Below are positions 18,058 to 28,599 of a stretch of 64,000 bases of DNA, piece after piece (the stretch's first letter is position 1; each line of letters starts with the position of its first letter). A model generated the notes under the pieces. That model saw only the letters and a list, made by a program, of their open reading frames with translations. It was not told where the DNA came from and ran no database searches. Source of the DNA: Polyangiales bacterium (lineage in GTDB: Bacteria > Myxococcota_A > Polyangia > Polyangiales > Polyangiaceae); contig JBBRLQ010000013.1 in NCBI GenBank assembly GCA_038231275.1, forward strand, positions 64,001 through 128,000, written 5' to 3'. The position numbers and the translations under genes are program-made.

Positions 18058-19860
18058 ATGAAGGTCCGCCCCGAGGTGCAGCTCCTCGGGCGCCACCACG
18101 TGCTGAGCGTCCTCTCGGAGGACGAGCTGGGGACCGTGAACCTCGCGCGCCTGGAGGGGCCGAGCGGCTTCCAGCGTTGGGTCGCGCTGCGCATCGTCAA
18201 CCGCGAGCTCGCCAAGAACCCGAAGTTCAAGGACGCGTTCTACAACGCAGCGCGCCTCGCCGCGCAGGTGAGCCACGCGAACGTGGCGAGCACGCTGGAG
18301 GTCGGCGAGACGAACGGCAACCTGTGGCTCGCGATGGAGTACCTGCACGGCGAGCCGCTCGGCGACGTCATGCAGCGCGCCCGCGAGTACGAGATGCCGC
18401 TCCCGTGGGACATCGCGTGCCGCATCGCGAGCGACATCGCGCTGGGCGTCGACGCGTTCCACGAGGTGCGCAAGCCCGGCGGCGAGCGGATCTCGATCGC
18501 GCACGGTCGCCTCGCGCCTCACCAAATCGTCGTGACGTACGACGGCAAGACGAAGGTCCTCGGCGTGCCCGTCGGCGCCGCGGATCTTCCCTCGTACGGC
18601 ACCGACGCGCTGCGTGAGCTCCCGTACCTCGCGCCCGAGTTGGAGGGGGGCGGCCCGCCGAACGCACGCTCGGACATCTACGCCGTCGGCGTGCTCCTCT
18701 GGGAGCTCGTGAGCGGTCGCTCGCTCTTCGCCGGAGTGAGCGACGCCGAGACGCGCGCGAAGATCCGCGCACACGTGATACCCGCGCTGAAGCCGATGAG
18801 TCTGGGCTGCCCAGAGCGCATCGACAAGATCGTGCAGCGCGCGACCGCGGTGGACGAGAAGAAGCGCTTCGCGACGGCGCGCGAGCTGGGGCAGGCGCTG
18901 CAGGCGGCGCTGGTGTCGGAGGCGCTCGTCGTGACCGACGACGACGTGGGCCGCTATGTCCTCAAGCTGTTCGGAGACACGTTCGAGGAGCGCGAGGATC
19001 GGCTGCGCTCGGCGTCGGAGGTGACCGAGGTCTTCCGACGCTCGTCGCACCCGCCACCGGGTCCCGATCCGGACGCGACGATTCCGATCAGCGAAGCGCA
19101 GCCGCATACGGTGCGGATGTCGAACATTCCGCACGTGCCGCCGACGTACACGCCGATGCCGGTCCCGATCGCGCGGCCGGTGAACGATCTCGCGGAGACG
19201 CAGATTCGTCCGCCCGGGCCGCCGGCGCCGACGGTGATCATTCGCCCGACGCCCACGCCGCCCCCGGGACGGCCGCCGGCGCCGTCGTCGTCGTTCGCCT
19301 CGTACACGCCGCCGACGGTGCGCAACGCGCGGCGAAAGAGCGCGCTTCCGTACGTGGTGGTGGGCGGTACGGCGCTCGTCGTCGCGGTGACGCTGGCGGG
19401 CGTCTATCGCATGCGGGTCCGCGCTCCGCTTCCCCCGGCGAGCACGACCACGACCGCGACCCCGACACCGACCCCGACCCCGACCCCGACTCCGACGCCG
19501 ACGCCGACCCCGACTCCGACTCCGACTCCGATTCCGACTCCGACTCCGACTCCGACCCCGACCCCGACTCCGACTTCCGATCCGACTCCGACGCCGAAGC
19601 CGAGCACTCGTCCTCCGCGTCCTCCCAGGCCGCCGCCGCCTTCCGGCGCGACGGGGCTTCTCACCGTGATCTGTTTGCCCGCGTGCGATCAGGTGTTCGA
19701 CGGTGGGCGCGCGCTGGGGCCGTCGCCGATCTTGAAGGCCACCGTCTCGGCGGGGTCGCATCGGCTTCGGTTGAAGTTGAACGATCCGCCGACGGAAAAA
19801 ATCGTGGTCGTCGAGGTCGCGGAGGACGACACCAAGGTCGTTCGGCAATCGATGGAGTAG
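18058..19860 (+). CDS. Ser/Thr kinase-like membrane protein with degenerate catalytic motifs (pseudokinase)
   Basis: Kinase fold (MEYLHGE, YLAPE, DIYAVG..LWE) but VAIK>VALR, HRD>HGR, DFG>GVP; TM helix, Thr-Pro stalk, PEGA-like C-terminus. Confidence 0.85.
   Translation: MKVRPEVQLLGRHHVLSVLSEDELGTVNLARLEGPSGFQRWVALRIVNRELAKNPKFKDAFYNAARLAAQVSHANVASTLEVGETNGNLWLAMEYLHGEPLGDVMQRAREYEMPLPWDIACRIASDIALGVDAFHEVRKPGGERISIAHGRLAPHQIVVTYDGKTKVLGVPVGAADLPSYGTDALRELPYLAPELEGGGPPNARSDIYAVGVLLWELVSGRSLFAGVSDAETRAKIRAHVIPALKPMSLGCPERIDKIVQRATAVDEKKRFATARELGQALQAALVSEALVVTDDDVGRYVLKLFGDTFEEREDRLRSASEVTEVFRRSSHPPPGPDPDATIPISEAQPHTVRMSNIPHVPPTYTPMPVPIARPVNDLAETQIRPPGPPAPTVIIRPTPTPPPGRPPAPSSSFASYTPPTVRNARRKSALPYVVVGGTALVVAVTLAGVYRMRVRAPLPPASTTTTATPTPTPTPTPTPTPTPTPTPTPTPIPTPTPTPTPTPTPTSDPTPTPKPSTRPPRPPRPPPPSGATGLLTVICLPACDQVFDGGRALGPSPILKATVSAGSHRLRLKLNDPPTEKIVVVEVAEDDTKVVRQSME
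19459..19572 (+). repeat. (ACNCCG)n hexamer tract encoding about 19 Thr-Pro units
   Basis: Directly visible tandem repeat inside the pseudokinase. Confidence 0.85.
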
Positions 19861-19923
19861 CGCGGAAGAAGTCGGCCGGCGACCCTTGCAGCCTGCGGGC
19901 GGGCGTGACTACGTGCGCGCTCG

Positions 19924-20565
19924 ATGACCTCCACGAAGATCGACGCCACGCTGCGCGCCCTCGAACAGTCCCACGCCGACGATCCGGAGCGCGCGGAGCT
20001 GCTGCGGCGAGCGCGGGCCTTCAAATCGAGCTGGATCGAGCTCGCGCAGGGGCTGACCGAGGCGCGCAAGAACGGGCGCTGGAAGAGCTGGGGGTACGAG
20101 TCGTTCGAGGATTACACGCGACTCGAGCTGCACCTGCGGCAAGAGACGGTCGACAAGCTGACCGGCTCGTACTCGTTCCTCCAAAGGCGCGCGCCGGCGG
20201 TGCTCGATCGCGACGGTGTGGGGGCGCCGCTCCCGAGCTACCAGTCGATCGATTTCTTGCGCCGTGCGGAGGAGCGGCCCGATGCGCCGCGCGAGGCGGT
20301 CGAGGAGATCCGCCGCAAGGTGCTCGACGAGGCGATGCCGATCATGCAGGTCGCGCGCGAGTTCAAGGACGTCGTCTTCCCGATCGACGAGAAGACGAAG
20401 AAGAAGCAAGACGCCGCGGGGCTGAAGAACGTGGCGAAGCGCCTGCGCGAGCTGCTCGCCGAGACGCGCGCGGTGCCGCGGCGAATGGCCGGTGAGGTGA
20501 GCGAGTCGCTCGACAAGCTCCTCGCGGCGCTCGGGGCCGAGGGAAGCGAAGAAGAGGCCGCGTAG
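19924..20565 (+). CDS. Hypothetical helical protein
   Basis: Clean ORF with strong GC3 bias; WKSWGYESFEDY motif. Confidence 0.8.
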   Translation: MTSTKIDATLRALEQSHADDPERAELLRRARAFKSSWIELAQGLTEARKNGRWKSWGYESFEDYTRLELHLRQETVDKLTGSYSFLQRRAPAVLDRDGVGAPLPSYQSIDFLRRAEERPDAPREAVEEIRRKVLDEAMPIMQVAREFKDVVFPIDEKTKKKQDAAGLKNVAKRLRELLAETRAVPRRMAGEVSESLDKLLAALGAEGSEEEAA

Positions 20566-20580
20566 CCGCCGCCGGAGTGG

Positions 20581-21252
20581 GTGGTAAGCTGCACGATCGT
20601 GGCGAACCGAACCGTCGATACGCTCCGCCGAGGCGCGCGCATCCACAGCCTGCTGTATGCGGCCCACCTCTCCAAGAACCCTGATCGCAAATACGACGTG
20701 ACGTGGGAGGGGCACCACTACCGGCGCAGTGACGTCTCGGGCGCGCGCGGCACGGTGACCTTCTCGAAGCACGGCGTGGTCGCCGTTTTCTTCGATCCGA
20801 GGAGCCCGCGCGCGCCTGCGCCGGGGAAGAAGCAGAAGAAGCTCGAGGAGCATTTCGTCGGCATTCCCGCGGCGCTGCTCACGCTCGCGAAGAGAGAGAC
20901 ACTGGCGACGATGGACGACGGCGTCGGGCCGGTGGTGACCGCGGCGATCTGGAGCACGCCGGAGGGGGAGCTCGTTGGGGCGCGCCCGTGGCCGCGCCTC
21001 GCGGAGGACGGCGCGCACCTCGTCGAGCTGGAGCTCGGCAAGCCGGACGCGTCGATCGCGGCGTGGGCCGAGCGCTACGCCCTCGCGGAGGACCAGATCG
21101 CCGCGACGCGCGAGACCTTCCCGACGAAAGGGAGCGTGCCGCCGAGCAACGCGAAGGTGACCCTCTCCGACGGCGCGCGCGCGGCGCTGCGAATTCTGCC
21201 GAACCAGGCCACGCGCGAGCTCCTCGAAGGCGCGCAGGTCTTGCTCGGCTGA
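20581..21252 (+). CDS. Hypothetical protein
   Basis: Fills the gap in a + strand run; start uncertain. Confidence 0.6.
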   Translation: MVSCTIVANRTVDTLRRGARIHSLLYAAHLSKNPDRKYDVTWEGHHYRRSDVSGARGTVTFSKHGVVAVFFDPRSPRAPAPGKKQKKLEEHFVGIPAALLTLAKRETLATMDDGVGPVVTAAIWSTPEGELVGARPWPRLAEDGAHLVELELGKPDASIAAWAERYALAEDQIAATRETFPTKGSVPPSNAKVTLSDGARAALRILPNQATRELLEGAQVLLG

Positions 21253-21259
21253 CGCGAGC

Positions 21260-22198
21260 ATGACGACGCCTCGCCAGGCTCGTGACGGTCGCCACGTGAC
21301 CGTCGACGCGTTCTTCGACGGCGGACGCGACATGCGCCGCGCGATCGATCGGAGGTTGTCGGATCGCTCGTCGCCCTTCGATCCAGGGCGGTTCGTGTGG
21401 GAGGCGTGGCACGTCGACGGGCAGTTCTCGCAGCTCCGTACGCCGGCGCGGGCGTTCTTTCCGGCGGCGCTCATCGCGGCGTTCGAGGCGCGCCTCCTAC
21501 GCTGGGCGGGCGCGGCGTACGGCGTCTCGCGATTTGGCGGGCCGCCGTGGCTCAGCGTGATCACCGACGGCGGGTTCCAGAGCCTTCACCGCGACGGACC
21601 GAACGGGCAAATCGCGTTCACGTTCGCGCTCGGACGACGCGGCGCATTCCGAGGAGGCGAGACGCTCATCGCGCGCGACGAGCTGCTCGACTATTTTCGC
21701 ACCGGCAGCCATCGTCCCGCGGTCGCGCACACGCCGCTCTTCGACGAGATCTCCCCACGGCCGAACCGGCTCATCGCGTTCGACAGCCGCATCCCGCACG
21801 CCGTGCGTACGGTCGAGGGTCCGCGCCACGCCCGCGACGGACGCATCGCGCTGCAAGGGTGGCTGGAAGCGGCGGGATGCGTCGTCGAAGGACGTCTCGC
21901 GCACGGCGAGGTGGACGACGCCGTCGGTGCCAACGTGAAGCGATTGGCGCCGCGCGCGCTCCGTGGCGCCGAGGGGCTCGTGGCGGTGCGCGTCGAGGTG
22001 CAGACAAACGGCTGCGCACGGACCGCGGAGATCCGCGCGAGCACGCTGGTCCCGACGGGACCCGACGCGCGCGCACCGGAGCGCGCCGCCCTCGCGATCG
22101 CCGCCGCCGTCGCGAAGACCCGCTTCCCAAAGGGCCCCGCGCGCATCACCGTGCCCGTCCTCGTCGGCGGATCCCGCGCGCGCGTTCCCTCCGCGTAG
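21260..22198 (+). CDS. 2OG-Fe(II) oxygenase family protein
   Basis: HxD (LHRD), F.GGE, PNRLIAFDSRIPHAV, distal Arg (GRIALQGW). Confidence 0.8.
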   Translation: MTTPRQARDGRHVTVDAFFDGGRDMRRAIDRRLSDRSSPFDPGRFVWEAWHVDGQFSQLRTPARAFFPAALIAAFEARLLRWAGAAYGVSRFGGPPWLSVITDGGFQSLHRDGPNGQIAFTFALGRRGAFRGGETLIARDELLDYFRTGSHRPAVAHTPLFDEISPRPNRLIAFDSRIPHAVRTVEGPRHARDGRIALQGWLEAAGCVVEGRLAHGEVDDAVGANVKRLAPRALRGAEGLVAVRVEVQTNGCARTAEIRASTLVPTGPDARAPERAALAIAAAVAKTRFPKGPARITVPVLVGGSRARVPSA

Positions 22199-22201
22199 GG
22201 G

Positions 22202-23740
22202 CTACAGGCCGGCGACGTCCTTGTGGCGCTTCAGGACGTAGCGCATCTTCACAAGCGCGCGGCCGTGCGGCGGGAGCTTGAGCTGCCAACGGACGAAGCC
22301 GTCCTCGTCGGGCTTGGGCGCGTCGGTCGTCTCTTTGGGATCGAGTGCAATCTGCACCTTTTCGAGCTCGGACACCGGGATCGCCTCGGAGACCGCGATC
22401 GTGCGCGGACGATCGTCGAGGCTCGAGACGTGGAGGGTGACGCGGTATACGCGCGTGATCCAGCTCGAGAGCGCGCCCGGCTCCTCTTCGTTCTCTTCGA
22501 CGACGCGCCGCGCGCGGACGCCGGGATCGGGACCCCAGCCCAGCTCGAAGCGCTCGCTCGGCGCGACGAACAGAACCTGGGTTCGCCCGACGAGGCCGCT
22601 CTCCTCGACGAGATCGACGGGACCAGCGAGGATCGGGGCGCCGCCCGCGTTGGTCTGCGTCGTCTTGCGAATCGCGAGCGCCGCCAGCTGCGGGCACATG
22701 ACGAGCTCGCTCGCGGCGTCGGTCTCGAAGACCGAGAGGGGCACGCGGTGAGGTTTCCCGTCGGTCTCGATCGTCGCGCGCGCGGCGCCGCGCACGACGC
22801 GGGGTTGACCGCCGTCGTCGATGCCCGGGACGACACGAGACGCGGCGGAACCCTCCTGCCCCAGCCCGGCGGTGTGAATCTCCTCGTGGCGCGTCTCCAC
22901 CACGAGCGTCTCCTGCTTTTTCTGCGAAGCGAGGCGATCGGCGGCGAGGAGCGGCGGCTCGCGGCCGAGCGACGGGCGCTCGGTCGAGAACGCGACGTCG
23001 GCGTCGGTCCAGGCTTCTCCGGTGTTCTGCCAAACGCACGCGTCGGTCGCGAAGCGGACCTTCCCGGCGTGCAGGCGCGCCGTGTGCGCGGGGCGCCAGC
23101 ACGCGCCCGGGACGATGTAGTCGACACGCAGCTCGGTCTTCTGCGCGGCGGCGCACGACAGGACGATCACGATTCGGGCGCTCTCGCGCGTGGCCGTCGT
23201 CTCACGGACGTCGCGGCGGCGGCGGAGGCGGGCGAGCTCCTCGGTGATGCGCCGGTGCTGCTCGGCGATCTGGAGAAAGCTCGCGCGCTTCTCCTTCTCT
23301 TCGGTCTCCAGCTCCAAGAGGCGCGCGCGCGTCGCGGAGACGCTGAGCACGCCCCACGACGTGTCGACCGCGGCGTCGGAGACGAGCTGCGCGATGACCG
23401 AGTCGAGGCCGGCGAGCTCGACCTCCATGCGTTTGCGCGCACGCGCGACGTCGCGCTCGTCCTGGGCGCGCTCGTCGATCTGCGCGTCGAGGGTGGCGAC
23501 ATCGACCGGGCGCTCCCTTTCGGTATGGATCGCGCGTCGCTCGACGCGGACCGCGCCGACCGTGATGCCCGCGTCGACCGCGACCTTGAGCGTCTTGTCG
23601 ACGAGCACCGTCGCGACCTCCTCGATCACGATCTCGTTCACGCCGGCGGCGAGCTGCACGTCGCCGCGCCGGACCACGTGCGCGCGATCCTCGCTCACCG
23701 TCACCACGTCGACCTTGGCGGTCACCGGGATCATGCTCAT
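22202..23740 (-). CDS. DUF4140/DUF4139 (MuiA-like) family protein
   Basis: VTVSEDRA.V.R, Y.VPGA.W.P, QNTGE.W; ATGA overlap with the upstream paralogue. Confidence 0.85.
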   Translation of the reverse strand: MSMIPVTAKVDVVTVSEDRAHVVRRGDVQLAAGVNEIVIEEVATVLVDKTLKVAVDAGITVGAVRVERRAIHTERERPVDVATLDAQIDERAQDERDVARARKRMEVELAGLDSVIAQLVSDAAVDTSWGVLSVSATRARLLELETEEKEKRASFLQIAEQHRRITEELARLRRRRDVRETTATRESARIVIVLSCAAAQKTELRVDYIVPGACWRPAHTARLHAGKVRFATDACVWQNTGEAWTDADVAFSTERPSLGREPPLLAADRLASQKKQETLVVETRHEEIHTAGLGQEGSAASRVVPGIDDGGQPRVVRGAARATIETDGKPHRVPLSVFETDAASELVMCPQLAALAIRKTTQTNAGGAPILAGPVDLVEESGLVGRTQVLFVAPSERFELGWGPDPGVRARRVVEENEEEPGALSSWITRVYRVTLHVSSLDDRPRTIAVSEAIPVSELEKVQIALDPKETTDAPKPDEDGFVRWQLKLPPHGRALVKMRYVLKRHKDVAGL

Positions 23741-25938
23741 GCCTCCCTCCGGTTGCCGCCTGCCAGCTCCTGCTTCGACGAGAGCTTGACGACGTATTTG
23801 GCGAAGAGCTTTCTCTTCTGGCCTGCCTCCACGGTAACCGTCCAGCGGTAGCCTCCGTCGAGCGTTTGGTCCTGGGACCACTCTTTCCACGCGGGCTCCA
23901 CCGTCTCGACGGTGACCTCGATGTCCTTCTCGTCTTTGCGCGTCACCGGCACGCGCTCGCGAACTTCGAGCTCGGCGGGGGCGCTCGTGCCGTTGTGGAC
24001 GTCGACCTCGATCTCGTGCACGAGCGAAAGGCCGCCGCCGAGGAGACCGGTCGACTTCTCCGCGAAGGAGGTGTTGCGCGCGATCTTGATCGCCTGCTCG
24101 ACGCCGAGGCCGAGGCGCACCTTGCCGCGCGGCGGGGTCGGTGGGACGCGCGTGGTCATCAGGTACGCGCCGCCCTGGTAGACGTCGAGCGGACCGCGCG
24201 GCAACGCGGCGTCGATGGGGCTGTGGAGCTCGAGGACGCGGAAGACGTCCTGCGTCTCACGCGGGACGGCGACGTGGGTGACGCGCGACTCGGTCTTGTA
24301 GACGCCGAGCGGCAGCACGTGGAACGCGCCGTCGGAGGGAACGTTCACCGTGCCGGTCGCGACGTACGCGTAGTCGAAGTCGTTCGAGCGCGAGATCGGC
24401 TCGTGCCCGGGGGGCAGCGCGTCGTCGCCGATGCTCGCGCGCTGGACGGCGACGCGGATCACCGTGAGCACGTCGATCGACACTGACGCGCCGAGCGCCT
24501 CGAGGTACAGAGACGACGCGCTCGCGGCCACCAGCGCGCCGCGACCGCTCGACGTCGGATCGAGCATGCGGAGACGACCGTACGAGAGGGCCTGCAGATC
24601 GAGCCCGGTGGCCCGCGGCTCCGCCTCTTCCACGCTCCCGGCCTCACCGTACGAAGCCGCGGAGGCGCGCCGCTTCATCATCGGCTCCGCGAGCGCCGCA
24701 CCCCCGAACATTCCCACTCCTCCGCGCGGGGCCGCGAGCGACAGGGACTGCGGCGGCGGCATCATCATGGCCGCCATTGGCGCCATTGGCGCCATGGGCG
24801 CCCCGGTCGGCATCCTCGCCCCCGGGCGCGCGGGGGGAGAAGGCGCCGACAGCGCGTCGACCTCGCGCGCAAATGCCGGCATCCCGGCGGCGGGCTGGCG
24901 CACGACGGTTCGCATGTCCTCGACCGGCGTGTTCTCGTCGTCGTACCCCTTCGACGCGGAGACGCGCATCGTGACCTCGTCGTCCCCGATCGAGCGCGAG
25001 AGGAAATCCTCCACCTCTTGCCGCGACTGCCGCGGCGGCCCGAACGCGCGATCGCGATCGGCGTAGAGCTCCAGCGCCCCCACCGGCGGCTCACGCCAAC
25101 CACGCGGCGGCTTCCCTCGCTGCGCGCGCCCGATGCGGACGCTCTTCAGCGTCGGAAGCTCGGTCCACGCCGCGGCGTCGGCGGTCGACAAGATGAGACG
25201 CGCGCCCGTCCAGTCCTCGCCGCTCCGCTGCGCGACCGCCGCGCGCAGCGACAGCTCGGCCCCTTTCCCGCCCGCGCCGAGCGCGACCGAATACGACGGC
25301 GACCAGCGCGCGCCGGGAACCATGTATTCTACATGCAAAAGACCCTTTGCCGAGCCATCCAGCGTGACGATGACGCTCTTGAAGAGCTCATGCTCCTTGG
25401 GGTTCCTCGCCGTCGTCACCCGCGCTGCGCGATCGCGCAGCGATGCGTTCAGTCGTTCCGCCACCACCAGCGTTCGTTCGAGCGTCGCCAGCTCCTCGGC
25501 GAGGCGCGCTTGCTCCTCGGAACGAAACGCGACGAGGGCGCGGCGCGCGGCGGCGGGCGACGTCATCGGCGGCTCCCCTTCCTTGCCTTTGGGCCGCGCG
25601 AGGATCGCGATCGATTGCACGCGCGCGATCATGGCTCCGACCCGCTCGACCTCGGCGCGGATGCGAGCGACGTCGAGCTGCGCGGCGTGGAGCTCTTCGT
25701 CACGAGGGGGCGCGAGGGCGGCGTCGTCCGGCGGGACCTCCAGGGTGACCCGAAGATCGGTCGCGGCGCCTTCCCCGTCGATGCGCGCACGGATGGACCC
25801 GTCGTCGAGCGTCAGGGGCAGCCGCACCAGACGGACGCGCCTCTCGGACGACGCCGGAAGCTCGGCGACCCGCTCGACGCGCGCGCCGGAGCGGAAGACT
25901 GTGACCTCGTGGACGCGTGACTCGAGCGCGGTGCTCAT
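23737..25938 (-). CDS. DUF4140/DUF4139 family protein
   Basis: VTVFRSGARVER, YMVPGARWSPSY, QRSGEDW, VRERVPV. Confidence 0.85.
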   Translation of the reverse strand: MSTALESRVHEVTVFRSGARVERVAELPASSERRVRLVRLPLTLDDGSIRARIDGEGAATDLRVTLEVPPDDAALAPPRDEELHAAQLDVARIRAEVERVGAMIARVQSIAILARPKGKEGEPPMTSPAAARRALVAFRSEEQARLAEELATLERTLVVAERLNASLRDRAARVTTARNPKEHELFKSVIVTLDGSAKGLLHVEYMVPGARWSPSYSVALGAGGKGAELSLRAAVAQRSGEDWTGARLILSTADAAAWTELPTLKSVRIGRAQRGKPPRGWREPPVGALELYADRDRAFGPPRQSRQEVEDFLSRSIGDDEVTMRVSASKGYDDENTPVEDMRTVVRQPAAGMPAFAREVDALSAPSPPARPGARMPTGAPMAPMAPMAAMMMPPPQSLSLAAPRGGVGMFGGAALAEPMMKRRASAASYGEAGSVEEAEPRATGLDLQALSYGRLRMLDPTSSGRGALVAASASSLYLEALGASVSIDVLTVIRVAVQRASIGDDALPPGHEPISRSNDFDYAYVATGTVNVPSDGAFHVLPLGVYKTESRVTHVAVPRETQDVFRVLELHSPIDAALPRGPLDVYQGGAYLMTTRVPPTPPRGKVRLGLGVEQAIKIARNTSFAEKSTGLLGGGLSLVHEIEVDVHNGTSAPAELEVRERVPVTRKDEKDIEVTVETVEPAWKEWSQDQTLDGGYRWTVTVEAGQKRKLFAKYVVKLSSKQELAGGNRREA

Positions 25939-26033
25939 GGGGCGACCATTGCACGCGCGGAAACACGTCCGGTCAAGGCCGGACGCGGGCGATCCTCCTG
26001 CCGCCCACGTGTCCTCCCCTGTACGATGGCCGG

Positions 26034-27323
26034 GTGCCGTTCGTCGCCTTCGGGGCCCTGACGATGACGCTCGCCCTCGTAGTCGGGCGTCCGCGTGTCC
26101 GCGGGGTGCCGGTGTCGCCGCTGGTCGGCGCGATCCCGGGCGTCGTCGCGATGCTCGCGTTCGGGGTGCTCTCGCCGTCCGACCTCGTCCGGGGAGCGAC
26201 GATGCTCTGGCGGCCGCTCCTCACGATCGCCTGCATCATGTCGACCACCTCGGTCGCGCACCGCCTCGGCATCTTCGACCGCGCCTCACGCGCGATCGAG
26301 ATCCGCACCCGCGGACCGGTCTCGCGCGCGTTCACCGCCACCTACGTCATCTGCGCGACCACGGCCACGCTCTTCAACAACGACGCGGCGATCCTGCTGC
26401 TGACGCCGGTGATCGTCCCGGTCGTCCGGCGCATGTACCCGAAGCGGCCGTACCTGGTTCTCCCGTTCGCGTTCGCGATCTTCACGTCGGCGGGCGTCGC
26501 GCCGCTGTCGACTTCGAACCCGATGAATCTGGTCGTCGCCGAGCAAGCGCACATCGCCTTCAACGGCTACGCGCTGCGGATGATCCCGGTGGCGCTCGTG
26601 GGAACGGTCGTCTCCTATTTGATGCTGCGGCTCGCGTACCGGAAGGAGCTCGACGACTCCGTGCCCGCGGGCGGCGCCGAGCTCGGCTCGCTTCAGCCGC
26701 TGGAGCCGACGTCGTACGGCGTGCTCGGGATCGTGGCGCTCGTCTTCCTCTCCTACCCGCTCTTGTCGTATTTCGACGGACCGGTGTGGGTCGCCGCGAC
26801 CGGAGGCGCGCTTTTCACGGCGGCGCTCGGCCTGCGCAGCTCCGAGGTGACGTTGACCACGCTGCGCACCGGCGTCGCGTGGGAGATCCTTGGATTTCTC
26901 TACCTCATCTTCGTGACGGCGCTCGGCCTCGAGAACGTCGGCATCGCGCGATGGCTCGCCGAGGTGTACGGCGCGCCGTCGAGCCTGCCGGGATCGCTGG
27001 CCGCGATCGCCGGCACGAGCGCGCTCGGTTCGGCGATCATGAACAACCACCCGATGGCTGCGCTGAACGCCCTCGTCATGCGCACGCTGCCAGGCGACGT
27101 GACCTGGCAAACGCTGGCCGCGCTCGTCGGCGGAGATCTCGGCCCGCGCCTCTTGCCGATGGGATCTCTGGCGGGGCTCTTGTGGCTCGACATGGCCGCG
27201 CGCCTCGGCGCGACGGTGCGCACGCGGGATTTCGTGCGCGTCGGAGTGATGACCAGCCTCCCCGCGCTCGCCGCGTCGCTCGCGGTGCTATGGCTCGAGG
27301 CCGTGCTTTGGCCTGCCGGATAG
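26034..27323 (+). CDS. ArsB/NhaD family anion transporter
   Basis: FNNDAAILLLTP, SNPMNL, NNHP, DLGP...P.GSLA.LLW; multi-TM. Confidence 0.85.
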   Translation: MPFVAFGALTMTLALVVGRPRVRGVPVSPLVGAIPGVVAMLAFGVLSPSDLVRGATMLWRPLLTIACIMSTTSVAHRLGIFDRASRAIEIRTRGPVSRAFTATYVICATTATLFNNDAAILLLTPVIVPVVRRMYPKRPYLVLPFAFAIFTSAGVAPLSTSNPMNLVVAEQAHIAFNGYALRMIPVALVGTVVSYLMLRLAYRKELDDSVPAGGAELGSLQPLEPTSYGVLGIVALVFLSYPLLSYFDGPVWVAATGGALFTAALGLRSSEVTLTTLRTGVAWEILGFLYLIFVTALGLENVGIARWLAEVYGAPSSLPGSLAAIAGTSALGSAIMNNHPMAALNALVMRTLPGDVTWQTLAALVGGDLGPRLLPMGSLAGLLWLDMAARLGATVRTRDFVRVGVMTSLPALAASLAVLWLEAVLWPAG

Positions 27324-28376
27324 GCCCCGGGCGTCCATCTCGACCTCTACTCGACCGACGGCGGCGCGCACGGGGCGACCGCCCGACGCCGACTGAACGA
27401 CGACACGATCGCGCGTGTCGGCGACCGCGGGCACAACGCCGAGATCGACGGGGCTGGCCCATTGGGGGCGGCCACGCGCGTCGTAGCGCGTCGCGATCAC
27501 GTGATCGCCGACAGGTCCAGGCCGCACGTCGCCGTACTGGACGAGGACGAGCGCGGCGTCCCCGTCGAACGCGATCGACAGAGGAGCGGGCGCGCGCCAC
27601 GGTGCTCCCACGTCGACGCCGTCGCGGCGCCACGCCATCGTCCCGTCCTCGCGAAGGAGCTGAGCGCGCGCGCCGCCGAGCCACGCGCACGTCGCGACCC
27701 ACCCGCGCGTGGGCCAGTACGCCGCCGAGAGATCGTCGCACGCGTCGACCTTCATGACCTGAAAGTCCGCGAAGGGGCCGCCCTCGGGATCCCAGATGCG
27801 CGCGGCGACGACCTTGGTGGGCGCGTCGTACGCGAAGAACGTCGCGCCTCCCGACGGGTGCGCCGTGATGGCGAGGTGCACAGCCGGAGGGATCATCCCC
27901 GCCGTCGGCCGTTCCTTGGACCAAAGGAGCCGATCCCCTTCGAGCGCGAGGACCATCGGATCGCTCTCGTCGCGCGAGGAGACGAGGATCATCCGTCGCC
28001 CGGCCGCGAGCGCGAGGCGCTGCACGAGGAACGGGCCCTTCGCGTCGCCGAAGTGCTTCTTCACGAGGTCGGCCTGCGACGCGAGGACCGAATCGACGTC
28101 GAGGCGCGCGATCGTCGCGCGGACGGACTCGCCGGCGGGAGCGCTCGCGACGCCTGCCGCGTCTGCCCCAGCTGCCGCGTCTGCCGCGTCTGCCGCAAGG
28201 GCAGTGGAAGGAGAGGGCGACAGCGACGCGGCCGAGGCGGAATCGGTCCCCGACGCCGCGCCAGGCCCCGCGTCGGTGGTCACGCCAGTTCTCCCGCAGC
28301 CGAAGAACGACGAGCCGAAGAAGACGGATGAGGAGGAGCAAAAGAGGAGAGCGGCGGAGACGCGGCGAGCCTTCAC
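27288..28376 (-). CDS. Hypothetical lipoprotein
   Basis: GTG start, possible lipobox FFG-C, Ala/Asp linker, beta-rich domain. Confidence 0.6.
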   Translation of the reverse strand: MKARRVSAALLFCSSSSVFFGSSFFGCGRTGVTTDAGPGAASGTDSASAASLSPSPSTALAADAADAAAGADAAGVASAPAGESVRATIARLDVDSVLASQADLVKKHFGDAKGPFLVQRLALAAGRRMILVSSRDESDPMVLALEGDRLLWSKERPTAGMIPPAVHLAITAHPSGGATFFAYDAPTKVVAARIWDPEGGPFADFQVMKVDACDDLSAAYWPTRGWVATCAWLGGARAQLLREDGTMAWRRDGVDVGAPWRAPAPLSIAFDGDAALVLVQYGDVRPGPVGDHVIATRYDARGRPQWASPVDLGVVPAVADTRDRVVVQSASGGRPVRAAVGRVEVEMDARGLSGRPKHGLEP

Positions 28377-28599
28377 GATGCCAGGGTAGCGCGTCCGCCC
28401 GTGCGCTCGCGCGTACGTCCTCGCTGTACGATTCCAATCTCGCGGCAACGGCGGATCCACCTCTGGCGTACCGCTTTAGCCGCAGCGGTATCGACCGGAA
28501 ATCGCGCGTCTCCCCCGTGCCTCCGTCCTCGACCGGCTGCTACGTTTTTCTTGTTTTCGTCGTGTCCGTCGTCGCAAGGCGACAAAGTCGGAGGGATCG

